From positions 160,001 to 224,000 of the forward strand of contig CBDAOC010000020.1 of assembly GCA_965197925.1 (NCBI GenBank): a DNA stretch of 64,000 bases, read 5' to 3'. Under the pieces are notes generated by a model. It saw only the letters and a program-made list of their open reading frames with translations. It was not told the DNA's origin and did no database searches. Positions 21,386-31,683 of this stretch are shown in pieces. The position numbers and the translations under genes are program-made. Every line of letters starts with the position of its first letter. Position 1 is the first letter of the stretch. This stretch comes from Nitrososphaerales archaeon. GTDB lineage: Archaea > Thermoproteota > Nitrososphaeria > Nitrososphaerales > UBA213.

Positions 21386-21982
21386 TCATTTATCCATATT
21401 CAAGAAAGTTCTACATCTTGAACCTGTAGTCGAATTTTCGTGTAGATCTGAGATTATATTTATAGATTCAATTAGTTTTTTTATCCTGATTATCTTCCTG
21501 CTATTAACTTCTCTGTTCCAAGGTTGGTCATAAAGCAAAACATTACTACCCTTCGAAGCCATCCTCTCTACATTATGTGGTGAATCATCTATGAACACGT
21601 CATAATCCAATTTAGCCTTATCTCTTCCATCAAACACTGACACATATTCATTGAATTTAATACCATTGTGTTCTAGCCAATTGATCACATTATTCGTGCT
21701 TTCTTTATCCCTTGCAGTAACGATATCAACTCTACCTAGAGAATGAAGTCTATCTACAGCAGATGCAATGTCATTCTCAGTGGGGGGGACATCCTTCCAC
21801 CGCTCCCAGCTATTTGATAATTGGCGATAAAATTCATACTTGTCTAATCCAATCTTCCTCCAAAAGTCCCATTGGTTTATATCTTCCTTGTTTATTGATT
21901 TTTTATATTGTTTGTTATGATTTTCTATCCATGGGTGTATAATATCAGCCAACACACCGTCAAGATCTAACGCGATTTTCAT
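21386..21982 (-). CDS. HAD-family 5'(3')-deoxyribonucleotidase-like protein
   Basis: LDLDGVLAD, IVTAR, FIDDSP, QPWN. Confidence 0.88.
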   Translation of the reverse strand: MKIALDLDGVLADIIHPWIENHNKQYKKSINKEDINQWDFWRKIGLDKYEFYRQLSNSWERWKDVPPTENDIASAVDRLHSLGRVDIVTARDKESTNNVINWLEHNGIKFNEYVSVFDGRDKAKLDYDVFIDDSPHNVERMASKGSNVLLYDQPWNREVNSRKIIRIKKLIESINIISDLHENSTTGSRCRTFLNMDK

Positions 21983-22014
21983 TTATATCATGTTGTATTA
22001 AACATATTTGAGGT

Positions 22015-22576
22015 TTACTCAAATATCATTTATTCGCCGTCATGCTTTCAGTCCTTCGTTTCAAAAGTTTGAGTACCATTTTTGAGTGTTAATGTAGCAT
22101 CGACTGATATATTACATCCTACAGAAATATCTCCTCATTTTCATTTCTTTGTATTTACCTTTTGATCGTATCATTGATGTATTTTTATTTTCAATGATCG
22201 TTATCCCTTTCCTTATTAACTCCAAGAATTTCTTCAACTACTCGACGCTCCTCATTTGAATTGGGGATATCAGCAGCTAGTCTTCATTTTTCTAAGGGAA
22301 ATCTTGCCGGACTTATCATAAACAAGCTATATAGTATCTTTTTCCCTTATAACATCTTCAATCAGGACTTGATGTTATTCGATAACCAAACACAAATCGT
22401 TTCCATTATGTAGGGACTGCTAAGGTGATCCGCGCTGTCTTACAAATTCCTTCGGTAACTTGCCCTTAAGTTTTCAAGGTCTTTTGGAACGTCCTTTCAA
22501 CCTCTTCATTATTTCTTCGATTTTATTGTGCCTTGGACTTCACCGTTCTAATGACTATTCTAAACCCGTTACCCAT
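22015..22576 (-). pseudogene. heavily decayed second hsp20
   Basis: Broken frames GKLPKEFVRQR..FVFGYRITSSPD..IRE..RRVVEEILGVNKE..KNG; directly downstream of dnaJ. Confidence 0.6.
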
Positions 22577-22625
22577 TCTGATAACAAATTAGATTAGAAC
22601 ATATCCAAAATTTTAATTTTAATTT

Positions 22626-23741
22626 TTATTCCTTTCCAAATTCCTTTTCTAATTCTATAAACAATGATTTTTGTCTATCATTCAACTTTGTAGGAAGCTT
22701 CACGTAAACTCTAACCAATTCATCACCCCTTCCATAACCGTCATTTTTTGGTAACCCTTTTCCTTTAATTCGCAAGACAGTATCCGGCTGTGTTCCCTGG
22801 GGAATTTTTATTAATGTGTTACCATCAAGCGTTGGTACTCTTACTTCAGCACCTAGCGCGAGCTTCGAGATTGATAATTCCATTTCGTATAATAAATCGC
22901 TATTGGATCGTTTGAAAATGTCATGAGGTTTTACCTGTACTTTTATGTATAAGTCACCACTAGCACCACCGTTTGAGTGCTCGCCTGCACCTTCGATTTT
23001 CAACATATTATCATCTTCAACACCCGCCGGTATCTTGAATCGCAATTTTTGGGGTTTTCTTACATGGCCTCTACCCTTACATGTCTTGCACGGTTTGTCA
23101 ATTATCAAGCCTTCACCACTACAAGTTCTGCATGGTTCAACCGTAACGAAGGTAGAAAACCTCGACTGATTCATAACATGCCTAACTTGACCTTTACCAT
23201 TGCATATAGAACAAGTTCTAGGCCTCGTTCCAGGTGCACTACGACTTCCCTTACATTCATCACAATTAACAGTTGTATACACCTCGATCTCTTGTTCTAC
23301 TCCATGTAGAACATCTTCAAGAGTCAACTCAGCTTCATAGACAAGGTCTTGACCACGTCTATTAGTGCCAAAACCAAATGGGTCACCCCTTCCAGAAAAT
23401 ATGTTAAATATATCCTTGAAACCAAAATTACCAAATCCAAACCCTATATCTTTGAATATTTCTTCAAAATTGGCTTCTGACCCTCTGAAGATATCTTGTT
23501 GGCTTGAATATCTTCCTGATAACCCTTCATACCCATATGTGTCATACAATTGCCTCTTTTCAGTGCTGGATAACACTGCATAAGCTTCAGAAATCTCCTT
23601 GAATTTGTCTTCGGCTTCCGGTGCCTTATTTCTATCAGGGTGATACCTTAATGCTAACTTTCTATATTCTTTCTTGATCTCATCAGCACTTGCATTTTTA
23701 GATACACCTAAGACTTCATAATAATCTCTCTTGTTGCTCAT
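22626..23741 (-). CDS. dnaJ: chaperone DnaJ
   Basis: HPD J-domain, four CxxCxGxG-type repeats. Confidence 0.98.
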   Translation of the reverse strand: MSNKRDYYEVLGVSKNASADEIKKEYRKLALRYHPDRNKAPEAEDKFKEISEAYAVLSSTEKRQLYDTYGYEGLSGRYSSQQDIFRGSEANFEEIFKDIGFGFGNFGFKDIFNIFSGRGDPFGFGTNRRGQDLVYEAELTLEDVLHGVEQEIEVYTTVNCDECKGSRSAPGTRPRTCSICNGKGQVRHVMNQSRFSTFVTVEPCRTCSGEGLIIDKPCKTCKGRGHVRKPQKLRFKIPAGVEDDNMLKIEGAGEHSNGGASGDLYIKVQVKPHDIFKRSNSDLLYEMELSISKLALGAEVRVPTLDGNTLIKIPQGTQPDTVLRIKGKGLPKNDGYGRGDELVRVYVKLPTKLNDRQKSLFIELEKEFGKE

Positions 23742-25705
23742 TGCTGTTCCTGCTTGCCTTCTTCAGTACCTGTAGTCTGGTCTTGGCTTGCTCCTGTAGT
23801 CTGGTCTTGGCTTGCTCCTGTAGTCTGGTCTTGGCTTGCTCCTGTAGTCTGGTCTTGGCTTGCTCCTGTAGTCTGGTCTTGGCTTGCTCCTGTAGTCTGG
23901 TCTTGGCTTGCTCCTGTAGTCTGGTCTTGGCTTGCTCCTGTAGTCTTTCCTGCTGCCTGATAAACCTGTGCGCTTACCTCACCTAAAATATTTTTTAGTT
24001 CTTGAATTTTTGTTTTCAAGGTATTGATATCACTACCAATCACTGCTTTCATAGCAGCAACCGCTGTATTGATCTGTTCTGTCTGTTCGCTTGTAAGCTT
24101 ATCTTTAAGATCTTGTTTGACCAATTTCTCCGCAGTATAAATCAAATTATCAGCTTCGTTTCCACTTTCCGCGTCTTCCTTCCTCTTTTTATCTTCCTCA
24201 GCGAATTGGTCAGATTCTTTCTTTAGTTTCTCTATCTCCTCCTTCGAAAGTTTTGTGGTTGCCGATATAGTTATCTTCTGTTCCTTCGCAGTTGCAAGAT
24301 CCTTTGCAGATACATGTAGTATCCCGTTGGAATCTATATCAAATGTAACTTCTATTTGTGGAACACTTCTTGGAGCAGGAGGAATTCCATCGAGGTTGAA
24401 CATTCCCAATGATATGTTATCAGCCGCCATCGATCTCTCACCCTGCACAATATGTATTGTGACCGAAGTCTGATAATCTGCAGCAGTTGTAAATATCTTG
24501 CTCTTCTTCACAGGTATAGTTGTGTTACGCTCTATCACTGGTTCACGTAAACCACCAAGAACCTCTACTCCAAGCGTTAGTGGGGTTACATCTAACAGTA
24601 CAATATCCTTTGAAATATCTCCCCCAATAATTGCACCCTGTATTGCAGCACCAATAGCTACTGCTTCCATTGGATCTACTCCTCCTTCGGCTTCCTTACC
24701 CATCACTTCTGCCACAAATTTAAGTAGAATTGGCATTCGAGTTGGCCCGCCTATTAAAATAATTTTATCAACTTGATCTGGCTTTAGTTGTGCATCTCCC
24801 AATGCTTGCATAATAGATGATTTGCAACGCCCAACTATCGGCCTAACAATATCCTCCAATGTAGAGCGGGTAGATTGCATTGTTAGGTTCTTGGGAGAGT
24901 TGGTAGACTTATCATATGAGATAAATGGTAAATTAATTTCTGTAGTCATAGTTGATGATAATTCTATTTTCGCCTTTTCTGCAGCTTCCCTTATTCTGGT
25001 CATAGCGGTTCTATCACTGGTTAGATCCGTACCACTTTCTTCTCTAAACTTGTTAATTATGTCATCTACCAACACATTATCCATGTCTGTACCACCGAGT
25101 TGTGTATCACCTGATGTACTTTTCACTTCAAATACACCACCGCCCAACTCCATTATAGTAACATCTAAAGTACCTCCTCCAAAATCAAAGACCATTATCT
25201 TCAGATCCTTCTCTGCCTTGTCAAGACCATAAGCTAGGGAAGCAGCTGTTGGCTCATTGATTATCCTTACAACTTCCAAACCTGCAATAGTACCCGCATC
25301 TTTAGTGGCTTGCCTTTGATTATCATTAAAATATGCAGGAACAGTTATCACTGCTTTATCGACAGGTTCGCCCAAAAAGGTTTCCGCATCTTTCTTGATC
25401 TTCTGTAGTATAAATGCCGAAATTTGTTGTGGTGTGTATTCCTTTCCATAAACTCTGAACTTGAAGTCAGAGCCCATCTTGCGTTTTGCTGCAATAACCG
25501 TACCGCCAGGATTGGTTACAATTTGCCTTCTTGCAGGTTCACCAACCAGTAGCTCCCCATCTTTGGTTAGAGCAACTACAGAAGGAAAAGCCTTTCCACC
25601 CAGAGTTACCCCTTCAGCAGCAGGTATAATAGTAGGTTTGCCACCAACTATAACTGCCGCTGCACAATTGCTAGTACCCAAATCTATACCAATTATCTTG
25701 CCCAT
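23738..25705 (-). CDS. dnaK: chaperone DnaK
   Basis: [22 protein letters not shown]. Confidence 0.98.
   Translation of the reverse strand: MGKIIGIDLGTSNCAAAVIVGGKPTIIPAAEGVTLGGKAFPSVVALTKDGELLVGEPARRQIVTNPGGTVIAAKRKMGSDFKFRVYGKEYTPQQISAFILQKIKKDAETFLGEPVDKAVITVPAYFNDNQRQATKDAGTIAGLEVVRIINEPTAASLAYGLDKAEKDLKIMVFDFGGGTLDVTIMELGGGVFEVKSTSGDTQLGGTDMDNVLVDDIINKFREESGTDLTSDRTAMTRIREAAEKAKIELSSTMTTEINLPFISYDKSTNSPKNLTMQSTRSTLEDIVRPIVGRCKSSIMQALGDAQLKPDQVDKIILIGGPTRMPILLKFVAEVMGKEAEGGVDPMEAVAIGAAIQGAIIGGDISKDIVLLDVTPLTLGVEVLGGLREPVIERNTTIPVKKSKIFTTAADYQTSVTIHIVQGERSMAADNISLGMFNLDGIPPAPRSVPQIEVTFDIDSNGILHVSAKDLATAKEQKITISATTKLSKEEIEKLKKESDQFAEEDKKRKEDAESGNEADNLIYTAEKLVKQDLKDKLTSEQTEQINTAVAAMKAVIGSDINTLKTKIQELKNILGEVSAQVYQAAGKTTGASQDQTTGASQDQTTGASQDQTTGASQDQTTGASQDQTTGASQDQTTGASQDQTTGTEEGKQEQQ
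23769..23946 (-). repeat. perfect 24-bp tandem repeat x7.4 encoding (TTGASQDQ)7 in the DnaK tail
   Basis: CCTGTAGTCTGGTCTTGGCTTGCT units, identical. Confidence 0.97.
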
Positions 25706-25710
25706 ACAAA

Positions 25711-26235
25711 TCATTCCTCATCAGGTTTAATATTAATTTTCTTTGAAATTTCTACTAGGCTAGGTCTTACAACTCTACTCCTTGACATATATCCTTTCCT
25801 GATCTCTGCGGTGATAGTATTTTCTAAATATTCATCGTTATCTATGAAGAATACAGCTTCGTGTATACTAGGATCGAATTTTTTGCCAACGGCATCTATT
25901 TCCTTAATTCCTTCCTCTTTCAGAGTGAAATCAAGATTCTTAAGGATTGATTCCAAACCGTTAACTAGTTCTGGATTGTCTCCACTCTTCACAGTTTCCA
26001 TTGCACGGATATAATCATCTTTCAATTCAATCAGTTTAATTAAAAATCTTTCAATCTCTTTCCTTAACATTATTTCTGATTCCCTTTCAACTTGTTTCCT
26101 ATAATTTTGATATTCTGCAAGAAGATATTGGTATTTGTTATGATACTCTTCAGCGTCAGCTTGCTTTCTCATTAATTGTTCCTTGAGTGTTTCTATTTCT
26201 CCATCATCATTGGTTTCCACCAAGCCAATCACCAA
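25711..26235 (-). CDS. grpE: nucleotide exchange factor GrpE
   Basis: [21 protein letters not shown]....VVRPS.V. Confidence 0.95.
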   Translation of the reverse strand: MVIGLVETNDDGEIETLKEQLMRKQADAEEYHNKYQYLLAEYQNYRKQVERESEIMLRKEIERFLIKLIELKDDYIRAMETVKSGDNPELVNGLESILKNLDFTLKEEGIKEIDAVGKKFDPSIHEAVFFIDNDEYLENTITAEIRKGYMSRSRVVRPSLVEISKKINIKPDEE

Positions 26236-26284
26236 TACATAATCACTGTAACATTATAACAATTTTTAATAGAGACCTATAAGC

Positions 26285-27421
26285 TTATCCCTGTATCTCA
26301 ACTTCACATAGGGGATTAGCTTTCACAAGTATCATATCAGATTTTGGGTTGTTCTTGGTAATTCTTTCATAATCATGTTTTGAGCATGCTATGGTAATGA
26401 CAGTTTTATCTTTATGGTATACATCGAACGTCTCTCCACGGTGACTTTCGACATCCCCAATATAGTCCTTTAATTTCAATTCAAGAGTTGCAAGCAGATC
26501 CAATTTGTCTCCACGCATTTCATTTGCATCAATTGTCCAAGCTATAGCAACTCTTGTTCTGCTAGCCTTAAGCTCTTTCTTCTTCAAGACTTCCCGTACC
26601 TGATCAATTAGATATTTAACATAGTTTTCGCTGCTTTTTATACTTCCATTAACTAGATACATTAAAGGCCCTGCGCTTTCGAGTGAGGAGCTTACGGCGC
26701 GAAGATCAAAGAGGCCATTGGTCATATCGTCAAAATATAGTTCCTTGAACTCCTCTTGATCCAACTGTTCCTTTGCAGTAGAATCATGTACATGTTTGCA
26801 CATCTCAAATATACTAGCAAGATATGAATAGTGAGCCAAGACTCGTATAGCATGTGTAAATTCTGCAGTGCCGAGATCGACGATTTTGGGTTTTCCTTCA
26901 GAATCCTGCAAAAATTTTACCATATTATTATCATTCTTAGATTGAAAAGACCCAATTGGATGATTCTCAAATTTTTCTGGGCCAATAGGCATGTAGTAAT
27001 AGTTAATGTCCAAGCCGACCTTCATTCCCGTTATGTGTTCAATCAATACTATGTTTTCATTGTTTCCACCCAATCCAGTAGGAAGATTATAGATTACCGA
27101 CGAGTCTTTTTTTAGCGGTTTAATTGCATCCTTGAATTTAGTAGAAATATCTCCTCTTACTTCCTGTCCGGTTCTCCTTATCCTGGGCGCAAAGAAGAGG
27201 TAGTTTGCATCCCGTATGGCCGAGTCGACCGGTTCCAAACCCAACAAGGGTTCATCATCTAATAAGGAATTGACATTAGGATAGGTCCTGGCAATCTCTG
27301 AGTGTATAGTAATTGCACTTCCTTGCAATTCGTCTATGATAGCAACTTGGGCATTCTTTTTCGCAAGAATAGATGCTATCTCATAGCCTTCCGTGCTTAA
27401 ACCATACACTACTGCTTTCAT
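26285..27421 (-). CDS. hypothetical protein, degenerate nucleotide-sugar dehydrogenase fold
   Basis: Rossmann-like start MKAVVYGLSTEGY; AEFTHAI; catalytic Cys motif not seen. Confidence 0.6.
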   Translation of the reverse strand: MKAVVYGLSTEGYEIASILAKKNAQVAIIDELQGSAITIHSEIARTYPNVNSLLDDEPLLGLEPVDSAIRDANYLFFAPRIRRTGQEVRGDISTKFKDAIKPLKKDSSVIYNLPTGLGGNNENIVLIEHITGMKVGLDINYYYMPIGPEKFENHPIGSFQSKNDNNMVKFLQDSEGKPKIVDLGTAEFTHAIRVLAHYSYLASIFEMCKHVHDSTAKEQLDQEEFKELYFDDMTNGLFDLRAVSSSLESAGPLMYLVNGSIKSSENYVKYLIDQVREVLKKKELKASRTRVAIAWTIDANEMRGDKLDLLATLELKLKDYIGDVESHRGETFDVYHKDKTVITIACSKHDYERITKNNPKSDMILVKANPLCEVEIQG

Positions 27422-27698
27422 CTCAGCCAAATCATTTTTTAAGGAATGTATCTGCACTAAAAGCTTTTCACATGCACAATTCTGTATTATTGCACAGTTG
27501 ATATTTGCGTGACCGTTTAGCACATATTAGTATTGAATTTCAATATGATGAGTAACCGGAGAAGAACTGGAAAAAATATGACTACATAAATGAGGCTTTA
27601 ACAACCTTTATTCCTTAGGATAATCATGTATTTGTATACGGGATCAGTATATCAAGTAAAATTATAAGGATGAGAATGAGTAAGACGAATGGCCCGGA

Positions 27699-27792
27699 AG
27701 CCCGGTGGAGAATCACTTTATTCGCCGAATGTAGCGGTCAAGCATAGGGGCCTTTGGAGCCCTTGACCCCAGTTCGAGTCTGGGCCGGGCTA
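27699..27792 (+). tRNA. tRNA-Gln(TTG) with 21-nt non-canonical intron at 10/11 (27709-27729)
   Basis: A1-U72 acceptor AGCCCGG/CCGGGCT; GGGGC-CTTTGGA-GCCCT; BHB-like motif defines the intron. Confidence 0.92.
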
Positions 27793-27821
27793 CTTTCAAT
27801 ATATAGTCCCTCTTAGCACCG

Positions 27822-28030
27822 GGCTCTGTAGAAACCATACTATAAAGACAGTCATTCTGTGCATATTGTAGGCAATTACCCTAAATGTAAATTCCCTGTT
27901 CTGCATCTTAGCAAGTCTTGATGTCGCATACTCTCCAAACATTCTCTTTGTCACTAAAAATGTAGTCTTATTCTTGTTCCTTTGATAGCAAAGTTGTTTG
28001 TAGAATCTCCTCTTCATATGCTTCCGGTAT
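27822..28030 (-). mobile_element. IS5-family remnant, 3' end
   Basis: YQRNK..T.F.V.KRMFGE..SR...QNRE..FRVIAYNMHR..FLQS; end GGCTCTGTAGAAACCA. Confidence 0.8.
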
Positions 28031-28094
28031 CTACTGATTGCAAGAAGTCTATGAATTAGGCGATGAACAGATAAGAGTTAAGGAGGGATAAATC

Positions 28095-28289
28095 ATGCAT
28101 GAAATTAAATCTGCATTATTGAGAAGGTCGGAAATAAAGTGGCTATTAGTCAAAAAAGACGTATCCAAGTCGTATGAATACTACATGAAGAGCAATATAA
28201 AGAAGAAGCAAAAGACTTTAGTAGAACTGGAATTACCTTTACTTATAAGTAATGGTTTCACAAGCAACATGGACCTGTGTATTTACTAA
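28095..28289 (+). CDS. small hypothetical protein of a type often found beside tRNA-linked islands
   Basis: LLRRSEIKWLL.KK.VSKSYEYYMKSNIKKK...ELPLL; preceded by a GGAGGG RBS-like site. Confidence 0.5.
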   Translation: MHEIKSALLRRSEIKWLLVKKDVSKSYEYYMKSNIKKKQKTLVELELPLLISNGFTSNMDLCIY

Positions 28290-28397
28290 GAATCTTAGAG
28301 CTAATTCTAATGGAATAGGGGAGACAAGTCATGTTGAAATTGTAGACGAAAATATACAGATTTTATCTATAAATAACAAGAAACAAAAAGAAATTGA

Positions 28398-28550
28398 GTT
28401 GTTCCCCGTATCTGACCCACAAGGAATCACAGGTAGCTACTCGCTTTACCTCCTCCCGCACTCTCTACGGGGTGCCTGCTGTTGCACAGCTGGGTGAAAC
28501 CGAGAATCATTATTTTCATCTCAATCCGTCTCTGTGCGTTTTTGCAGGCA
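28398..28550 (-). ncRNA. candidate two-hairpin H/ACA pseudouridylation guide RNA
   Basis: Hairpin 1 GCACAG/CTGTGC + A-ACA with TGA..TGA K-loop; hairpin 2 CCCCGTA/TACGGGG + A-ACA; pocket-to-ACA spacing 14 and 16 nt. Confidence 0.7.
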
Positions 28551-28574
28551 TATGAAATAAAACTTAAGGATCTA

Positions 28575-30215
28575 TTAAATTTTCAAAAGGTCAGAAATGT
28601 TGAACTCGAAGACAGAAATTGGTACACGCATCTTGAATTTATCAATAGTTTCTTTATTTACTTCTCCTATTCTACCCACACTTTTATTATTAAGGATGAT
28701 CTCTGCAGACTTGCCATTAACAAGTATTGGGTGGCTTACAGATCTTGTTTCGAAATGTATATTAAATAAGGATTGAAGTGTCGATTGCAAATAAGATCTC
28801 GCTTCTGTATAATCTGCATCCTTGTGAGCTATTGCAACAGCAATACTCCAAGATTCTTCAGCGGTCAAATTAGCAAAAATGACTTTCCCGACTTCGAATA
28901 TTCTCTGTGGATAAGGCTCGTGAATATTTTTAGAGAGAGTGAAAATAATTGATGGGAGAAGAGAATTCCGGAGCACAATAGGCCCAATACTCTTTGATCG
29001 TTCGATTGCAACGATGTTGTTTTGGTTCCTATTCATTAGGTTGTAATCAACTTCGTTACTTACAAGAGTGGAGTTCATCACCTCAATCATCCCAAGTGCA
29101 ATTAGAACTTCACGGACTTTATCCAGTATAGAGGAAAACAAATCTCTTGAGCCCACAGAACTTGATTGAGGATATGTTGCATCAAGTCTGTAGATGCCGT
29201 AACCTATGGCAATGTCTTCGACGAGATCAATATCATGCATTACATCTGTCCTATACCGTGGGATTTTACATCTTACAGCATTCCCATTCTTAATTGCGCC
29301 TATTCTACTCCTTTGCAGACAATTCACTATCTCAACTGCACTAAGATTAAGACCAAGAAGCTTATTTACATAATCAACCTTCAATTTCCTAATATTCTCC
29401 TTCATGTTTGGTGTTTCCACTCCCTTGCGCCCATAGTTGACCTTTACTGTATTGATCTTAAACTTTGCATCGTACAGAGTAACTGCTAGGATGGCAAGAG
29501 CATCTTCTGCCGCTTTAAAGTCCGTAGCTGTTACTTCAATAAACAAGTTCTTATTTCTTTCAGTTACTTTTGTTAGTTCAGAGTTGATAATAGGTGGGAA
29601 TGACAAAACGTTTCTATCTCCATCCTTAATAATCGGATGCCTTGTACAATTGTCAAGAATAGAACTATATTGTCTACCAACATCAGTATTTTCTGAAATT
29701 TCCTTCAAACTCATACTCCTATCAGAATTTAATGGAATAAATTTAAATTCTGAATTTTCAGTAGTGTATAAAATTGGCGATTTGATTACATCATAATTAT
29801 GAATCCCTATTGAAATTCTCTTTCTATTTCTTCCAATTCCCTTATGAATATCTTCCTGCATCGATATTATCTGCCGTATTCCCTCTTTGTCCAACTTGCC
29901 ATTCATAGCCACCAATGCGACAACGTAGGGTCTTACTTTGTTTACGCTTTGATCTATATTTACAGAAATTCCACTTTTCCCATATTGGAATTTTGGTAAG
30001 CCCTTATCGATTGAAAATATTCCATTCAAAGCTCTTGCAATTCCATAATCTGTTGAAAAGTCGGGTCTGTTGGGATTGTATTCTACTCTAACATAATCTT
30101 TAGCTTGTTCCTCAATATCCAATGCGATTTGTGGTAACATTTCCAGTATTTTCTCTACGCTCTTTCTTCTGACAAGCTTCTTCAAGCGATTATGGTAGAG
30201 AGTTACAACGGGCAA
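28575..30215 (-). CDS. pheT: phenylalanine--tRNA ligase beta subunit
   Basis: NPNRPD, SFPPIINS, YRTDVMHDIDLVEDIAIGYG; TTG start at LPVVTL. Confidence 0.96.
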   Translation of the reverse strand: MPVVTLYHNRLKKLVRRKSVEKILEMLPQIALDIEEQAKDYVRVEYNPNRPDFSTDYGIARALNGIFSIDKGLPKFQYGKSGISVNIDQSVNKVRPYVVALVAMNGKLDKEGIRQIISMQEDIHKGIGRNRKRISIGIHNYDVIKSPILYTTENSEFKFIPLNSDRSMSLKEISENTDVGRQYSSILDNCTRHPIIKDGDRNVLSFPPIINSELTKVTERNKNLFIEVTATDFKAAEDALAILAVTLYDAKFKINTVKVNYGRKGVETPNMKENIRKLKVDYVNKLLGLNLSAVEIVNCLQRSRIGAIKNGNAVRCKIPRYRTDVMHDIDLVEDIAIGYGIYRLDATYPQSSSVGSRDLFSSILDKVREVLIALGMIEVMNSTLVSNEVDYNLMNRNQNNIVAIERSKSIGPIVLRNSLLPSIIFTLSKNIHEPYPQRIFEVGKVIFANLTAEESWSIAVAIAHKDADYTEARSYLQSTLQSLFNIHFETRSVSHPILVNGKSAEIILNNKSVGRIGEVNKETIDKFKMRVPISVFEFNISDLLKI

Positions 30216-31645
30216 TGCGGAATACTCCTTAGCCATGATAACTTGTTACTGTAAAGTTCCCTTACATCATCGAGTCCATACCTCAACATTGCAATCCTCT
30301 CTAATCCACCACCCCATGCAAGTACTGGATTTTTTATACCAACTGGTAAAGTAACTTCAGGTCTGAAAATACCCATTCCAAACAGCTCAACCCATTTACT
30401 CAGCTGTTCATGGTAAACCATTGATTGCAACGATGGTTCCGTATAGGGAAAGAATGAGGGCCAGAATTTGACCTTTTTCAAACCTAGTTTATAATAAAAT
30501 TCTGTCTGAAGACCCATCAGATCACGCAAAGTAACGTTCTTGCCAACCACTACTCCTTCTACTTGATAAAATTCAGCTAAATGCTTATATGTTGATTTTT
30601 CATTTCTAAAGACCCGCCCAGCTGAAAATACCCTAGCCTCAGCAGGTTTATTGTCAGCAAGATAACGGATCGTAACAGGAGTTGTATGCGTTCTTAATAC
30701 TAATTTACGCGCATCGTTAATATTCCATTTGTAGCCCCAACCTTTTTCATGAATACGCGAAACACTATTTACCATTTTCTTATCAGCAACACTACTATCC
30801 CGTAGATCTGCAATGTAATAGGTATCCTGCATATCTCTGGCAGGGTGATCCTGAGGTGTGAAGAGGACATCGAAGTTCCAGAAGCTGTTCTGCACCAACG
30901 GACCCTCAATCTCCTGAAACCCCAAGCCTATGAAAGTTTCCCTTACTTCATCAATAATATCCTGTAAAGGATGCTTCCTACCTGCAAATATTATGGGTGC
31001 TGATGCGGTTACATCTATAGCTATTCTTGTTTCTGGTTGCTTATTTACCGCCTCAACTAAAGTAAGACCCTGCTGTGATAGTTCGATTTCCTTGCTCTTC
31101 GTTTCACTCTCTTCAACATAATTTGGTCTTCTTCTTAACGAATGATAAGCGGCAAGCTCCTCTTCATGCAAAATATCTACTGAAATCCGGCCTCTTGCCA
31201 ACCTTGCAAGTAAAATTTCTTCATTTGATTCTTCTAAATTATTGGAAGCTGTAATCACCGAAGTTTTGTCTATAAATCTTATCCATCCCTTTCTCTTAGC
31301 AATTGAGATAGCTATATTAAATTCATTATCGTTGAGCCCGAACAGCTTTTTTGCTTCTAGTATTGCAACTTGTCTATTGAGTGAACGTAAAGAATTAATG
31401 AATTTCCTTTCAGGTAGCCCATTTAACACGGCCTCAGCACCCTCACTTCCAATGTTTAGGAATTTCGCAATATTTTCATTAACATTAATCAGACCCTTGT
31501 GCTTAAGCCACTCTATTCCTCTCCTTACTTGATCTTCATTCAGCCCTGTTTGATGAGTTAGAGTAACAAGTGTCAGCTTGCCTTGAGAAAGTTCTTTTAT
31601 CAGGATGCGCTCGATTTCATGAAGTGTATTAATATCGAAAGTCAT
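30203..31645 (-). CDS. pheS: phenylalanine--tRNA ligase alpha subunit
   Basis: HPARDMQDT, LRTHTT, FFPYTEPS, GLERIAM. Confidence 0.97.
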   Translation of the reverse strand: MTFDINTLHEIERILIKELSQGKLTLVTLTHQTGLNEDQVRRGIEWLKHKGLINVNENIAKFLNIGSEGAEAVLNGLPERKFINSLRSLNRQVAILEAKKLFGLNDNEFNIAISIAKRKGWIRFIDKTSVITASNNLEESNEEILLARLARGRISVDILHEEELAAYHSLRRRPNYVEESETKSKEIELSQQGLTLVEAVNKQPETRIAIDVTASAPIIFAGRKHPLQDIIDEVRETFIGLGFQEIEGPLVQNSFWNFDVLFTPQDHPARDMQDTYYIADLRDSSVADKKMVNSVSRIHEKGWGYKWNINDARKLVLRTHTTPVTIRYLADNKPAEARVFSAGRVFRNEKSTYKHLAEFYQVEGVVVGKNVTLRDLMGLQTEFYYKLGLKKVKFWPSFFPYTEPSLQSMVYHEQLSKWVELFGMGIFRPEVTLPVGIKNPVLAWGGGLERIAMLRYGLDDVRELYSNKLSWLRSIPHCPL

Positions 31646-31683
31646 TTATTCATCCAAGAGAAAAAGACTTTTTAAACGTTAAG

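Noticed and set aside
26236..26284. HSR1-like operator upstream of grpE
   Set aside because: Only a GTAAC half-site; no palindrome.
27545..27596. Box C/D sRNA starting ATGATGA
   Set aside because: No well-spaced D'/D boxes and no terminal stem.
28252..28769. + strand ORFs of 81 and 95 aa
   Set aside because: Antisense to pheT and the candidate H/ACA RNA; no recognisable motifs.
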